A stretch of DNA of 64,000 nucleotides from the NCBI GenBank assembly GCA_028534125.1, contig CM052817.1, positions 80,292,001 through 80,356,000 of the forward strand, read 5' to 3'. The DNA is from Lama glama (lineage: Eukaryota). This document shows, in pieces, positions 38,673 through 51,756 of this stretch (positions are counted from its first letter, which is position 1; the number at the start of each line of letters is the position of its first letter). Below the pieces are notes generated by a model. The model did no database searches. It saw nothing but the letters and a program-made list of their open reading frames with translations, and was not told the origin of the DNA. The position numbers were made by a program, and so were the translations under genes.

Positions 38673-39099
38673 TCTAAACATTGTTGGAATGCTGCTTCTA
38701 AGTCTACCATTTAATCTTGTGTGATTCTTGACATTAATTTAAACTCTCTGCACCTAAGTCTTCTCACCAAATGTAGGAGTTTAGAAATGAATGAAGTTTT
38801 TATGCTACTGATATCCTATGACTTTCTAATTATCATAAAGTCAAACTAAGAAAAAATATTTTTTTGCTTTAGATACAAATTATTCTTGCCCTCCCTTATA
38901 ACTGACAAAGCAAGGAATCTGGCTTCTGTTTACACTGTAATCTTTGCATTACTTTTGACTGTGAGTATTCGGTATGGTGTATTTTGGTGTAGTAGTTGGG
39001 TATGAACTCAAGAGTGAGACTGTCATACAGAGACAGAGCCATAAGCCTTAATGTATGCTGACTCTTACTTAGGAGATCTCTAAAGATGCACAGACACAC

Positions 39100-39325
39100 C
39101 AATAAGATGAGAGAAGAAAATATTAGAAACTATATTCATGATTATTTTATGTAGCATTATTTTTTAAAATGTACATGTATGTGTGTTATATAGTATACAC
39201 AGTATGTTAATACAGGGATGCATGTATATACTTTTCTGAATAAATCCAGGAATACTGGGAGAAAGTGCTCAAACTAATTTTAATAATATGAATGAATGAT
39301 CAAAAAAGTTTGAAGACAACGGTCC
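39100..39325 (-). mobile_element. MER112-like hAT-Charlie relic
   Basis: Ends GTGCTCAAA...GATCAAAAAAGTTTGAAGACAA, similar to the reverse complement of 19688 onward. Confidence 0.5.
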
Positions 39326-39989
39326 TAGGAGCCACTGTCTTCCAAACTGATCTAGCTGTCATTCTCAGTTGTCTACCCTGTACTCCTTGGAGATGAACAT
39401 GTGCTAAGGAACTAAATCAGACTTCTTTTTATAGCTCCAGAGAGCTTGGAAAGACCATAACTAGTGAGTGGTTCTTTGCTAAAGATAGGGTAAATGCAGT
39501 GTGGAATCCAGGTTATTCTGGGTATATTGACGACTTGATGTGACGGAATAGTGAGATATCTGAGAGATGTGAAATTAGTTGGTTCTTTTCAGTACTCATA
39601 TTTGAACTTGACCATGTAAATAAGAAAATTCAGCTGTTCTTGGTGTCCTGGAACCACAAAAACACACTTCAATAGGATAACCAAATTCCTTTTCTGCTCA
39701 TATTTAATGGTAATACAACTGGTGGAGCTTTCTGACATTTAAAAAAATTTTATTATAAGTATCATACCTTCATAGAAGTGAGGAAATTATTATTTATTGT
39801 TTACTGAATCTGCTTAGAAAACATCAGAAATAAAGGAAAGCCAATAGATTTATTTCTTAAGTGGACTTACTTTAAACTAGAGCAGCAACATTTGGAAATA
39901 ACTCACAGTGGACATTTTTCTCTCCATAACAAGTTCCATAATGAGTTGATAAGACCCATGTCATAGAACATGGGTACTCAGGGGTAAGT

Positions 39990-40168
39990 GACTGCCCTAA
40001 TCTCTTTTGAGGGGACAGATTCTTTTGGGAATCTGATAGATATCCTCTCCTGAGAAATGTGCATACAAAATTTTTGCATATAAAATTTGGCCTACAGCTT
40101 CAAGAGTTTACAGGTACTCCCTCCCCTAAAGCTATCCAGGAACTGTCAGGTAATTGAGATCCTCTGGA
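39990..40168 (+). mobile_element. MER117-like hAT-Charlie relic
   Basis: TTTGGGAATCTGATAGA...CCTCTCCTGAGAAATGTGCATACAAAATTTTTGCATA. Confidence 0.6.
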
Positions 40169-40659
40169 CAGTGAGGGGGATGTTGCTACATTTGTACTCT
40201 AATCTATGAGTCACTGTGTAATCACTATAGAATTGACCAGCTTTCTATAAACTGTTTATTTTCCAGGTTTAACTTCAGAAAGTCATTGACACAATTCTTA
40301 ATTTTATGTGTTGTTTTTGCACTTGAAAATTACAGTATCCGCATTATGTGATACCTGCTCATGAGGTGTTGAATATCTAAATTTTTTAGAAGACCGTGTC
40401 AGTTATCATCTGAATCTTCGAAAACAAATATCATCTTAGATTTGACCACAGAGTTACGAGTTGATAGAGCAATTCTTATAGCAAATTTATGAAGTAGGCA
40501 AGACAGAGAAACAAAGTGTTCCTTTTACAGATGAAAAAACGTAAGACAAGAGCGGTTAGAGTGATTTGATTCATCACTGGAATGGGGACAAGGGACCATC
40601 CAGGTATACCTGTGAGGCTTTTTCAAACCAACTTCTACAAGCCGTATCTCTCCAAGTCT

Positions 40660-41000
40660 AGTCACGGGACTCCCTGCATCAGACTCAGCTGGCATACTTA
40701 TTAAGCATGCAGAATCTGACCTCTCCCTCCAGACCTAATATATCCAAATGGAACGTAAATTCTAGATTAGCAAATGAGTCAATGATTCCTGTGCACACTG
40801 GGGTTTATGAAATGATAAACCACCTGAACAGTGGTTTAACTCTGACTGCACATTGGAATTACTTCAAGATCTTTGGAAAAATTATTTGCATGGACCTGGA
40901 CTGATTGAATAAAAATCTCTAGAGGAAGGAGTCCAAGGAAACCTACTTTTTAAGAGTTTACCAGGTGATTGTGATGCACAACGAAGATTAAGAACCACAT
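40660..41000. mobile_element. Two adjacent MER5-family relics
   Basis: CTGCATCAGA...ATGCAGAATCT...CCAGACCTA, then CAGTGGTT...CTGCACATTGGAATTAC...CCAGGTGATTGTGATGCACA...TAAGAACCAC. Confidence 0.65.
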
Positions 41001-41003
41001 TGT

Positions 41004-41213
41004 AAGGGATTTTGAAACCTTTTCTGTGAAGGACCAGATAGTAAATACTTAAAGTCTTGCAGGTTATATTATCAGTTGAAGCTACTCAACTTTGCTGTCC
41101 TAGAGTGAAAGCAGATAAATGACTGAATATGGCTGTGTTCCAATGCAACTTTGTTTATAAAAACAAGTGGTAGTACAGATTTAGCCCATGGGCTATATAG
41201 TTTGCCAAACTCC
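41004..41213 (+). mobile_element. MER58A (hAT-Charlie)
   Basis: TTTTCTGTGAAGGACCAGATAGTAAATA...CTACTCAACTTTGCTG...GGCTGTGTTCCAAT...TAGTTTGCCAAACTCC. Confidence 0.85.
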
Positions 41214-42239
41214 ACAGTGGTACATGGTCCTCCACATGCCTCACTGAGCCACTGTTGGACTGTGTTCTCTCTCTCAGGTAGTTTTGGTTGTTTGACATGA
41301 GGGTTGAAAACTATTGTATTAAAATTAATTAGTACATAATAGAACCAGATTTTTGAATTATGAAATAGTTAAAGAAAAGAAAGACCTTGCAGTATGTATT
41401 ATCAAAGATAATATCAAAACAAAAAGGCATCGGGTACTAAGAAGAAGAAAGATGCACTCAATAGCCAAAGCAGATAAAGCAGATGCAGTACTGATGGTCA
41501 CAGAGCTCAGAAATAGGCTAGGATCAGCCTAAGAGTTTGGGGCGGGGGATGGGAGGAAGGCAAAGAAAAGGATGAAACAGTCCTGCACTCTCAGATGGTG
41601 GGATTGATAAGAAATATCTTCCTATACCTTTGTATTTTGTACCTTAAAAAAATTGGGATGTTGGCAGAAGTAGAAAAGAGAAATGATCATTCTATTTGGG
41701 GTGGGCAGTAGGATAACAGTGTTGTTCAGCTCCATGGCTATAGAACAATCATGGACCTTGCAGGTGCGAGCAGGGAGGCAGTGTGTATAGCTCTGTAGTG
41801 CTACATTGCAGTACCCATCAATCCTGGGGTGACCATTCAAGTCACACTGTATAAATCTGTCATGCTGCATCTCTGTCCTTGATAGCTGCCTTTAGTACAG
41901 AATAATGTGTAATCATGGTGGGGAGAAAAGTTTGAGTCAACAAGAAAAGGTTCATTTATATTTTCTACATCATTCATTGTACATAGTATATATTAGAAGA
42001 TTTCTATTTTAAGTTTTAAAAAATGGTTTATATGTATTGGGTTCAATACTCTAGCTATCCAGAAAATATCCTTAGCAGTTTGTACCACCTGAAATTTCTT
42101 ATATGTGTGCTTCTGCATCTGATAGGTATCTGCAGGTAGATCACCTTACATTTTGACAAACTTTTTAATTTGGAAAAATGTGTCCCTTGAATACCTTACA
42201 GTCCATTGGGGGCATTAGGGTATGTAAACATATATGCAA

Positions 42240-42505
42240 CAGACATGTGAACAATGTTTGGGTGTAATATAGAGAAGAAAATGTTTCATTGTGTATGTAG
42301 AAGTGATTTGAAGGAAGAACTAGAATTCACATGGAGTACGTGCATAAGGATGGGGAGGACTGTTCAGAGAGATCAGCGCATACAGAGGTGTGAGGGATGT
42401 GCTATTTTCAGGGAACTACAAGGAGTTCAGTATTGTAGAAGGCAAAGGGCAAGGAGGGGTCAAATGATGGGAGCTGATGCTGGAGAAACAAGCAGGAGAC
42501 AGATC
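42240..42505 (-). mobile_element. L2 fragment
   Basis: Purine-rich gggaactacaaggagttcagtattgtaga...gatgctggagaaacaagcaggagacagatcat. Confidence 0.55.
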
Positions 42506-44997
42506 ATTTCCCCCCTCCCCCCGGACAACCACCTCTCACCACTGTTGCTCATTGACAACCTATGTGTTTATTTATATTTAACTATTATTAAAATCAATGT
42601 TTACATGTAAGGAAGGTGTCCCCACCGTCAGCTTTTTGACCTTATGGAGAACTTTTAAAAGAGTGAATTTTATATAGATATTTGAAAGATTAATTGCACT
42701 GTTTTGTTTTCTTCTGTAGTGTATCAAAAAGCAGATTCATTTTTTATAAGAGGAAAAATTAAAATTAGTTCTCAATAAATGGTACTTTGACTTTGTAAAA
42801 GGACTCTTTAATAGAAGTACATGAAGAGTATATCATTCTAGTAGAATTGTGTGTGTGTGTTGAATTGTTTTGTTCTGTTTTCTTAACTCTTTTGTGCTCA
42901 TCATCAAGTACTACGAATTACTGTGGTACATTCTTCCTAAACACCTGCTGTCAAATGGGTCAAGTCTTTTCTTGCACAGTGCTACGGGTTTCTACAGAAC
43001 TGAGCAAGCCCAGCATTAGACAGATAGCCTACAGACTGATTGATTTGTTTTAATACAAACACATGCTCAGATGTTGTCATATAAAAATCCTTTTCGGAAG
43101 AATTATTTTTCAAAGAACAAAGAACATTGTCACCCTAACATCTAATCCTGTGCCTGGCACATAGTAGATACTCACAAATGTTTGTGGAATTGAACTGCTC
43201 TGTGAAGTCTCAAACTGAACAGTAAAAACTCCGTCAACTCTAGGAGTAACTGAGTATCTTAAATAGCTATAATATGAATTGAAATATTTAAAAAGCATTT
43301 CTAGCAGTTGAAAAATGAAGTTGTAACATATCGTAAGATCCAGATTTTAATTTGGGAAGTATTATTCTCTCTACAGGATACAAATACAGGTACAAATCTG
43401 TATAAAAGAAATCTTGCTTTATCTTTATCTTTCTTTGCAGAATGGACATCGTCAAAAGGGGGAAATGTCTAATAATAAGTTGAAAACTTCAGGCAGTTCT
43501 ACTTCAAAGATATCTCTTAAATTGTCCTTTCCAGGTTCACTCCCTCTATTATTATTCTTGTTCTAATATAAGACCTCTAGATTGTATTTGCTTCCTAACT
43601 GGAAGCTGCCCTTCATTCCTGTGCTACCCCAACACTGCTGCCAGAATTATTTACTTTCTTAAACAGAAAATTGAGTCTGTTCTTACCTAATTAAAAACCT
43701 TTCACACTTTCCTATGAACTATGATGAGATAAAAACCAAAGTCCTTGGCATTGCTCACCTTATGTAATATAATCATACCTGTGGAGTGTTTTTGTTTTTG
43801 TTTTTGTTTTTTGCTTCATCTATCTCTGTATTCCTGTGTTTCTGAGAATCCTTTACCAGTGTTCCCCAGACTTTTCCATAACATATCACACATGGTAATA
43901 ATAACCAGACAAAGTCACTGTCTGCCTAGAGCCTCTGGCTTCTCTGGGCTCCTGGCCCTCCTGAGAGCTGACGGAAGCAATATTCTAAGCACACCTAATC
44001 CATTCCTGGTGCAACTGGTGGGAAGGTCTGCCTCACACTGTGGCCACAGTAAACCTTTTGCCCTCCCAGGAATGATTTGTACATCACTGTACCTTTAATT
44101 CTTTGTACATAGTGTGTACTCTACCTTTTCCCACTTTCTCAACCTGGTGAATTTCTCCTATTTGTCATCTAAGACTCATCTCATTTGGATCAGGGTAATG
44201 ATTCTAGATTTTTTAAGGAAATTTGAAACTTCTCATTTTCCATTTTCTGAACCAGTTGCAATCACTATAACTATACTAATAATGATTTTATGTTTTAAAA
44301 ATACAAATAAAACTTGTATTTCCTCAGCTTTTTTCAGAAATATTTTCTTTCCCTCATAGATGATGCTCTCCATGGTTTCAAATATACCCGTCTCAAAAAA
44401 GTTTATTTATTTAAAGGATGCTGTGTGTAGTAAAGATATATATCATTACTACTTAGTCATAGTATAAAATTAAAGGATATCAAATTATTTCTTATGAAAA
44501 GGTTTACTAAGCTAAAAAACTGTAAGAGAAGATTATGAAAATTGATTTCCTTGGTTTAACAGACCTGCTGCTTTTTTTTAGTGTAACTGACCTTGATCTC
44601 TAACACATTACTCTCTTAACTATTTCTGCCTTTCTAAAATATTTTATATATTCATTAGGTAAATATTGTTGGTTTTATCTCATTAAATGATTGGCTTTTG
44701 GTATCGCAGCATCTATCAAGTTGCAATTTGATTCTCACTTCATCCTTCAATTATTAAATTCGCACTTACTTGTGTATTTTTCATATTTTTTACTACTGTT
44801 TTAGCCCATTGATTAAAACTTACTGCATTTAGCTCTTTGTATGTTGACTTTTCTTCACTTTTAAAGTGTAACTTCTTAAAGGTTAGTACCAAGTCATATG
44901 CTGCTCTGTATTGCTCATAGTGCTTTGCACAGAAAAGTTGCTCAGTTGGAAACTGTATTCCTGAAACATTTAGAATTTCAAGCCTTAAAAGATAGTA

Positions 44998-45379
44998 GCT
45001 AAAGTGAAATAAGCCAGACAAAGACAAATACTATATGATATCATTAATATATGAAATCTTTAAATTAAAAAAAAAAGCCAGTTTCATAGAAAGAGACTAG
45101 AATTATAGTTGCTGGGGGCAATGGTGGTGGGGGAATGAGGAATGTTGGTCAAAGATTACAAACTTTCAATTATGAGATGAGTAAGTTCTGAGGATTTAAG
45201 GGACAGCACGGCAACTATAGTTAATTATACAGTTTTATATACTTGAAATTTGCTGAGAGTAGATCTTAAGTGTTCTCACCACAAACACAAAAAAGAATTA
45301 ACCCTGTGAGGTGATGGATATGTTTATTCCTTTGATCTTGATCATTTCACAATATATATGTGTATCAAATCATCACATT
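44998..45379 (+). mobile_element. Old LINE-1 3' UTR (L1MA-type)
   Basis: aagtgaaataagccagaca...gacaaatactatatgat...tacttgaaatttgctgagagtagatcttaagtgttctcacc. Confidence 0.85.
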
Positions 45380-46758
45380 GGATAGAATACAACATCCATT
45401 CATAATAAAAGCTCTCAGCAGAGTGGGTATGGAAGGAACATATCTCAACATAATAAAAGCCATTTACAGTGAACCCACAACCAACATAACACTCAATAGT
45501 GAAAAGCTGAAAGTCTTCCTTCCTGCTGAATTTAGGAACTAGACAAGGATGCCCATGATCACCAGTTCTTTTAACACAGTATTGGATGTCCTAGCCATAG
45601 CAATCAGACAGGAAAAAGAAATAAAAGTTATCTAAATTGAAAGAGAAGGGGTAAAACTGTCACTATTAACAGATGACATGTCCCCAAAAATGGAAAACTT
45701 GGAAATAAACTTAACCAAGGAGATGAAAGATCTACATGCTGAAAACTGTAAAACACTGATTAGTGAAACTGAAGATGGTTCAAAGAAATGGAAAGATATC
45801 CCATGCTCTTGGATTGGAAGAATTAATATTGTTAAAATGGCCATACTACTGAAAGCAGTCTACAGATTTAATGCAATCCCTATTAAGTACTCATAGAACT
45901 AGAACAATGATCCTAAAATTTACAGAACTAGAACAATGATCCTAAAATTTACATGGAACAACAGAAGGCCCAGAATTGCCAAAGCAATACTTAGGAAAAA
46001 GAATGAAGCTGGAGGCATAACCCTCCTAGAGTTCAGACAACACTACAAAGCTACAGTGATCAAAACAGTGTGGTATTGGCACAAAACAAACATATAGATC
46101 AATGGAACAGAATAAAGAGCCCAAAAATAAACCCACACACCTATGGTCAATTAATCTACAATGAAAGAGGCAAGAATATACAGGAAAAAAGGCAGTCTCT
46201 TCAACAAGTAGTATTGGAAAAGCTGGACAGCCACATGTCTATGAAATTAGAACACTCACTCACACTGTATACAAAAATAAACTCAGAATGATTTAAAGAC
46301 CTAAATATAAGACATGACACTATAAAACAACTGGAAGAGAACATAAGCAAAGCATTCTCTGACATGAATTATGGCAATATTTTCTTAGATCATGCTCCCA
46401 AGGCAAAAGAAAGAAAAGCAAAAGTAAAACAGATGAAATCTAATCAAACTGAAAAGTTTTTGCACAGCAAAGAATACCATAAACAAAATGAAAAGACAGA
46501 CAACCTACAGAATGGGAGACAATATTTGAAAATGATGCAATTGACAAGGGCTTAGTTTCCAGGATATACAAACAGCTCATACAACTCAATAATGAAACAA
46601 ACAAACAAACAAACAAAACAACCCAATCAAGAAATGGGCAGAAGACCTGAATATACATTTTTCCAAAGAAGATGTAGATAGCCAACAGGCACATGAAAAG
46701 ATGCCCAACATTGCTAATGGTTAGAGAAGTGAAAATCAAACAATGCAAAAAAAAAAAA
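45380..46758 (+). mobile_element. LINE-1 ORF2 fragment (partial RT and downstream region), sense, ending in an A-run
   Basis: DRIQHPFIIKAL...GTYLNIIKAIY; ACAGATGACATG (degenerate FADDM); [21 protein letters not shown]. Confidence 0.9.
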
Positions 46759-47099
46759 TTTCCAGAATTCAGCTGTGTTCATCTCTAAGCTGAATAATGT
46801 GGATCAACAACATGAAAAGATTTAATAAACACAGGCATGCTCTAGGACCTCCTCTCTTTAGTGATTCCTTTGTCAAATTCCTATTGAAGAGAGCAAGCAT
46901 TTCTGTAACTTCCCTTTCTCTATTTCAAAAGGCTATGAATTGACCATTTCAGAGGCTATGATAAGATGCAGGGTGAGAAAGAGGCAAGTAGAGAATTGTT
47001 AAATAGCAGTCCTTTTTAAACGATGAGATTTAGAAATATAAATCAAGAATCTGTATTTTAAACTGACTTGTCTATCATTATTCTAATTTCATGGTTTTA

Positions 47100-48190
47100 G
47101 AACATTCATTCTTTCATTCATTCAGAGAACATTAATGTCTACCATGTGCCAAGTATTAGGATCCAAAGATAAGTAGCATTCCCTATATTCAAGGAACACA
47201 GTCAAGTACCAGGAATAATTATGCAGGAACAGTAACAATGATAATAGCATCTAAATTGAGGCATACACACCATGTGCCAAGCACTGTGCTGATATGTAAA
47301 TTTTATCATGCAATTCATACAATCATCCTCTGAGTAGATACTGTTAAGGATTTTAAAGTACCAAGAGGTTTAAAATGATTTGTCTAAACACACAGCTAAT
47401 AAATGTTGGAGCTAGAATTTTAACCCAGGTAGGCTGATTTTTTTTTGCCCTCACTTTTAACTTGTATGCCAAATTATAAGTTACACAGTACTCAGAAGAG
47501 TCACAGAAGGCTGTATAAAAAAAGAAGACTTTTAAGCTGAAACTTGAATAAGAGCTGGAGCTTGCCTGATCATTTAGACAAGAGAGAGAAGTATATGTGA
47601 GGGCAAAGATGCAGAAAGCAGCATGGAGTTTGGCTAACTGTGAGTACTTAGATGCTCTTACAGCCACAGGATGAGAAAGGAAAAGTAGCTGCAGGTAAAT
47701 TACACCAAAATTAGAAGCCTGAAATACTGTGCCTGAGTTTGACTTTTTCCCTTGAGGTACCATTAAATGATTAGAAAAGAGAAAATTACAATATTTGCAG
47801 TTAGAATGATTGCTTTGGCAGTGATGTAGATAGATGGAGAAGAAGGAGAGAATAAGACTGCAGGCAGAAAAACAACCAGAAAGGTAGTTAACGACATTCT
47901 AGACAAAAGATTATGTTGGCTTGGCTTCACCAGGTAAACATGTATTGAATGTCTTGAAAGTGTTATTGCTGAGTTTACAGTGTTGAATAAAAGAATATAG
48001 TACCTGCTATTACATACTGCCTGCAATCTGTTGGGAAATACAGACAGTAAACAAGCACACAAATATTCAATAAAGAAGATGAGGTAGAAGTAGAAGTTTC
48101 AAGAAAGATTTTAGAGGTAACATTAGCCATGCCTATTAATTGGTTGAATTTAGAGGGAGAGAAAGATGCCTAGAATAAGTCTAAGGTATC
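47100..48190 (-). mobile_element. L2 fragments with a nested MIR (about 47230-47460)
   Basis: cattcattcag...ctaccatgtgccaag (L2 tail antisense); MIR caatcatcctctgagtagatactg...ggagctagaattttaacccagg. Confidence 0.65.
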
Positions 48191-49779
48191 TTTGAAATAA
48201 ATCAGAGCTACCTCTCCAGTTTCTAGAACTTTTCTCTCCATGAATCATGGCATACTGATATGTTTTCATTACAGTAAAATGTAGAGGCTCAGTGCTGCTT
48301 TTCTTTATAGAAGAAAGTGTTTGCTACACTCACATTCACACCCTTGTTGATCATTTTAAGTGAGTGGGGTCCAGTAGAATGTGATTTTTCAAAGTGTCTA
48401 TTTCAATGCTTTGCTCTGAAGAAGTACTTCTATGCTAATTAAGTTAGATTTTGACATTGATAGAGTATGAAATTACAAGTGTTGAACTTCAGAATTTATA
48501 AAAAAGAAAAGATAGCTGTGTTACTGTGGAATAGGGTTGGATCAGTAAGAATCCCTAGTATGAAATACCAGAAATGCTTTTGAGTTCATTTTGTAAAGAG
48601 CAGAAGAAGACAAGATAGTAGTAGTAGTTTAATTAAGTAGTGTAATTACTAAAATAGTAATAACACATTTTTGGTAAAGACCATGTCATGTAAGTGGTGG
48701 GCATTGCCTTGGATACGCTAATAATGTGGAATTGGGTCTGAAAGTCCCATTTTAAGGTCATCTTATTAGATTCTTAGTCTAGGGTGCACATGCAGATTTC
48801 ACTTGAACTCAGTGGAATTATTTACAGCACTGTGTGGGAATGTTTTCTCATCTTGTGTATTTTGAAGGGGATTCTTGTCAGAAGCACATGGGCCTCCTCT
48901 CTGATTAAAGAGCCACCATCATTTTCACATATGAGGAAACTGATGCTGTTAGAGGTATGGAGACTTGCCCAAGGTCTTGAATCAGTCCTCTTGAAAAGGC
49001 AGTTTGCCTTATGATTTTTTTTTAATAGAGTTCATGTAAGACTGCAGTGTCCATGACCTTGAGGTCTGAAGGGTTCAAAGTATTAGGAAGCCTGGGCTTG
49101 TTTCTTCATTGAGGGTTGTCATATAGTGATCTTAAAATAACAGAACATGCCATCATTCAGAATACATTCTTCCACCCTAATATTGCAGAACAGTATTTTT
49201 AAAGAAATTCTAGGAAGGGTGTTAACTCATTCAGGATTTTACAGGAAGGAAAGCTCTTTCCTACCTTTTTTTGAGCTAACTTTCACTGACAAAATCAGGC
49301 CAGAAAAAGCCTAGCTGGCTGTTGGCCCAGACAATGTTACAGTCACTGAAGTTTGCTCAACCTGCAGGGCCCCCGGGATAGCTACAACTGGGGCGGAGGG
49401 ATGGAGGGGGAGGGCACAGATGCACGCTGAGTGCTGTTCCAGTGATTTAGATGACGTGTCTGCTCTGTATCCTTTACTGTGTTCTTTCAACTTTTAGAAA
49501 GGAAATTTTAAAATAGCCTACAGTTACTTTTCCCAGAAAGCTGAAAAGGATAACTTCAGCTTTAAAAAAAATACCGAATCCATTCACAGCTATATCCCTA
49601 GCAACTAAAACAGAGCCTGGCACATAGTAGGTGTGTAATAATTGTTTTGATGAAAGAATGATTTAAATTTATTTTGTTATCAATGTTATACTTCAGATCA
49701 AGAAATTTTTTTTCCTTTATCCATTTATGCTGAGTATCATATTGTACTGGCAGGATAGTAAAGTAAAAAAGATCTGATT

Positions 49780-49972
49780 TAACATGCAGAAACCCCCTGC
49801 TTTCAGTTCAGTTTCTGCCATTTATTGTTTGATCTTGGGCCTCATATTCTTTTTCTTAATGTGTGTGTAACAATCTCTATTTCATGGGATTTAGAGTAAT
49901 ATTAAATGAAATACACTATGTGAAAATTGCTTCATAGATTCTTAAGGGCTATATAAATATTAGTGCTACTCA
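49780..49972 (+). mobile_element. MIR
   Basis: TTCAGTTTCTGCCATTTATTG...TGATCTTGGGC...TCTATTTCATGGGATT...ATTAAATGAAATA. Confidence 0.6.
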
Positions 49973-50870
49973 TCTTAGATAACATTTTCAATAATTTGAA
50001 AAACTATGTTTACTGGTATCATCCTAATTTTCTCAATCCTGTATGTATTTGTTTTACGTGGGAAGAAATGATCCCCATGATTGAAATGCAGTTTTGAATT
50101 CTATGATAAAGTATAGTTCAGGGAAGCTGATCATGCATCATTTCTACCTAATGAACTAACGTTAAATGTAGGGAGTAGTCCGAAAATAATTAAAGACTTC
50201 ATTTTTAAACAAAGGCACTATTTAGTGTGTGTTTGTTGATTGACTATTTGCTTGCTGATTTATACGTGACTTAAGAATTAATAGATATTTGGTAAACATG
50301 TACCATGTTCTAGGTGTTGTGTGCAAAAAAAGTATACAGCAACAATTTCCAAAGTGGAAATGTCATATTAGCTTTTGAGATGTTTCATGGTTAGAATTTG
50401 AGACAGAATTCCTATATACTACTGCAGCTTTCTCTTGGAGATTTTTAATACCCATTAGTATAGGCTTCAGAAATTCCTACATTTAGAAACCTGTTCAATT
50501 TTTATTTCTACCCAGGACTTCTAAACTTAAACAAGAAAACCCTTTTTTCCATCTGGTAACATTTACCTGAGTATTTTATGAAACATTGATATGAGATGTG
50601 ATGATACTGATTCCATGATTTTTAACAATCTATTTGAAACTCTAAACATAAATATAAGATAGTTTTTTTTTTAAAAAAGGAGAGTTAACTATGGGATTGA
50701 AATGGTTGTGATACTTGTCATCCATATTCATGACCAAATCATAGAAATTGATCTGTTATAGCTTGCTAAGTAAGTATTCTTTCTCTTAGTGACCACTTAT
50801 GTGACTTTTCCCAAACTGCATAGTTGAAAAGGATAATCTTTCCAAACAGAAAAGATCTGAAACATCTATT

Positions 50871-51756
50871 TTTTTAACATTTTTTATTGAGTTATAGTCA
50901 TTTTACAATGTTGTGTCAAATTTCAGCATAGAGCACAGTTTTTCAGTTACACATGAACATACACATATTCATTGTCACATTTTTTTCTCTGTGAGCTACC
51001 ATAAGATCTTGTATTTATTTCCCTGTGCTATACAGTATAATCTTGTTTATCTATTCTACATTTTGAAATCCCTGTCTGTCCCGGGGGGGGGGGGGGGGGG
51101 GGGGGGGGGNNNNNNNNNNNNNNNNNNNNNNNNNNNNNNNNNNNNNNNNNNNNNNNNNNNNNNNNNNNNNNNNNNNNNNNNNNNNNNNNNNNNNNNNNNN
51201 NNNNNNNNNNNNNNNNNNNNNNNNNNNNNNNNNNNNNNNNNNNNNNNNNNNNNNNNNNNNNNNNNNNNNNNNNNNNNNNNNNNNNNNNNNNNNNNNNNNN
51301 NNNNNNNNNNNNNNNNNNNNNNNNNNNNNNNNNNNNNNNNNNNNNNNNNNNNNNNNNNNNNNNNNNNNNNNNNNNNNNNNNNNNNNNNNNNNNNNNNNNN
51401 NNNNNNNNNNNNNNNNNNNNNNNNNNNNNNNNNNNNNNNNNNNNNNNNNNNNNNNNNNNNNNNNNNNNNNNNNNNNNNNNNNNNNNNNNNNNNNNNNNNN
51501 NNNNNNNNNNNNNNNNNNNNNNNNNNNNNNNNNNNNNNNNNNNNNNNNNNNNNNNNNNNNNNNNNNNNNNNNNNNNNNNNNNNNNNNNNNNNNNNNNNNN
51601 NNNNNNNNNTTTATTTCTCTCTCTTGCTTGATTGCTGTGGCTAGGACTTCCAAGACTATGTTGAATAGGAGTGGTGATAGTGGACAGCCTTGTCTTGTCC
51701 CAGATTTTAGTGGGAAGCTTTTGAATTTTTCACCATTGAGTACTATGCTGGCTGTA
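50871..51756 (-). mobile_element. Young 5'-truncated LINE-1 spanning the second gap
   Basis: 3' UTR like 1251-1460 on the left; RT-region [13 protein letters not shown] on the right; candidate TSD TGAAACATCTATT (50858-50870) / TGAAAACATCTCTT (51757-51770). Confidence 0.85.
51110..51609. other. Assembly gap (500 N), preceded by a 27-nt poly-G run (51083-51109)
   Basis: Direct count. Confidence 1.

Noticed and set aside
50913..51653. 243-aa and 200-aa ORFs, including poly-Gly and poly-Pro
   Set aside because: Made of gap, artefactual poly-G and L1 sequence.
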